From: Pseudogymnoascus verrucosus
Lineage: Eukaryota
Strand: one strand, 5' to 3'
NCBI GenBank assembly: GCA_001662655.1
Contig: KV460218.1
Length of the DNA stretch: 64,000 nucleotides
In this document: positions 63,481 to 64,000 of the stretch, piece after piece
Position numbering within the stretch: position 1 is the first letter of the stretch
Layout: every line of letters begins with the position of its first letter
Position numbers and translations under genes: made by a program
Notes under the pieces: model-generated
Told to the model about the DNA's origin: nothing
The model's input: the letters and a program-made list of their open reading frames with translations, nothing else
Databases searched by the model: none

Positions 63481-64000
63481 TGCCTCCCGTGGCGCACAGC
63501 TGCTTCGTACTAGGCCTCTCTTTGTCACTCGCCGGTGGCCTACCGTTGAGGACTCCTAGTTTTTTGACTCGTCCGAGGAGTAATAGTGGTGTTCATCATC
63601 CTCTATGGGCGGTCCTTGGGAAGATTGTCCTCCCTATCCTTCTGCTTCATCTAGCAGGTGCGGGTATCTCTCGTATACCTGTTGTTGTTTCTTTAACGGT
63701 AGTTCTCCTTTAGACTGACTTCGTCTAAGGGCATGAATTTGGTCTATATCCGTAAAGTAGACCTAAGGTGCGATTTTTGGAAATAGTCGATACTGGGTCT
63801 TTTTCCGTAGGTGACTCTCGTAGTCATTGTACTTGCAGTGTTCCTAGAATATATATGGGTGCTAGGGGTGATCAATCCTTGATGCATCCAACTTTGTCAA
63901 TTCCTGTTCCTCCTTTGTCTTGCCCGTGAGCTCGGATTTCTCCATGGTTACACGTAACCTTTCTACGTCTCCATCGGTGGGTTTGTAGTCCATAGCAGCT

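Larger units (their letters stand above)
58999..64000 (-). mobile_element. Ty3/Gypsy chromovirus LTR retrotransposon, RIP-inactivated, continues beyond window
   Basis: Domain order on minus strand: protease (AMIDLGATGNF), RT ([18 protein letters not shown]), RNase H, integrase (H..GH, C..C, IAIDFI), chromodomain (EYEVEAILD..IK*KDY..NSWE); many TAG stops. Confidence 0.95.

Noticed and set aside
34540..64000. Definite Starship call
   Set aside because: No DUF3435 tyrosine recombinase or defined termini recognised in this window; kept only as a hypothesis.
1..64000. tRNA, rRNA or telomeric repeats
   Set aside because: None recognised by eye; a covariance-model scan would be needed to exclude small RNAs.

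Overview
Fungal (filamentous ascomycete, Pezizomycotina) genomic DNA with short GT..AG introns and CTRAY branch points. A Leotiomycete such as Pseudogymnoascus is my inference, not established. The window has two compartments. (1) 1-34.5 kb is gene-dense core sequence: dynein intermediate chain, two tandem GPI-anchored Ser/Thr-rich wall proteins, a SET/MYND protein, a Rab-GAP (TBC), a P/Q-rich protein, a protein with a duplicated C4 motif, an old yellow enzyme, a cytochrome b561, a bZIP/DUF3425-like factor, a small membrane protein, an ankyrin+DIL protein and mitochondrial seryl-tRNA synthetase. (2) From ~34.55 kb to the end is accessory DNA with RIP-type (C>T/G>A) damage. It holds pseudogenes (carboxylesterase, GH76 fragment, BTB-associated fragment, RING-H2), an intact CE12 esterase, a solo LTR, a block of five different minisatellites, an AT-rich relic, and a RIP-inactivated chromoviral Ty3/Gypsy element with an antisense Zn-cluster-like ORF. 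Inside this decayed region lies an intact three-gene island. It comprises an unknown cytoplasmic protein, an 8-LysM secreted protein, and a divergently transcribed ~1796-aa killer-toxin-like GH18 chitinase. The chitinase has a C-terminal domain, set off by Kex2-type sites, that carries an HNH-like motif. This island is the best candidate for an undescribed system: a fungal polymorphic toxin / LysM / immunity module.
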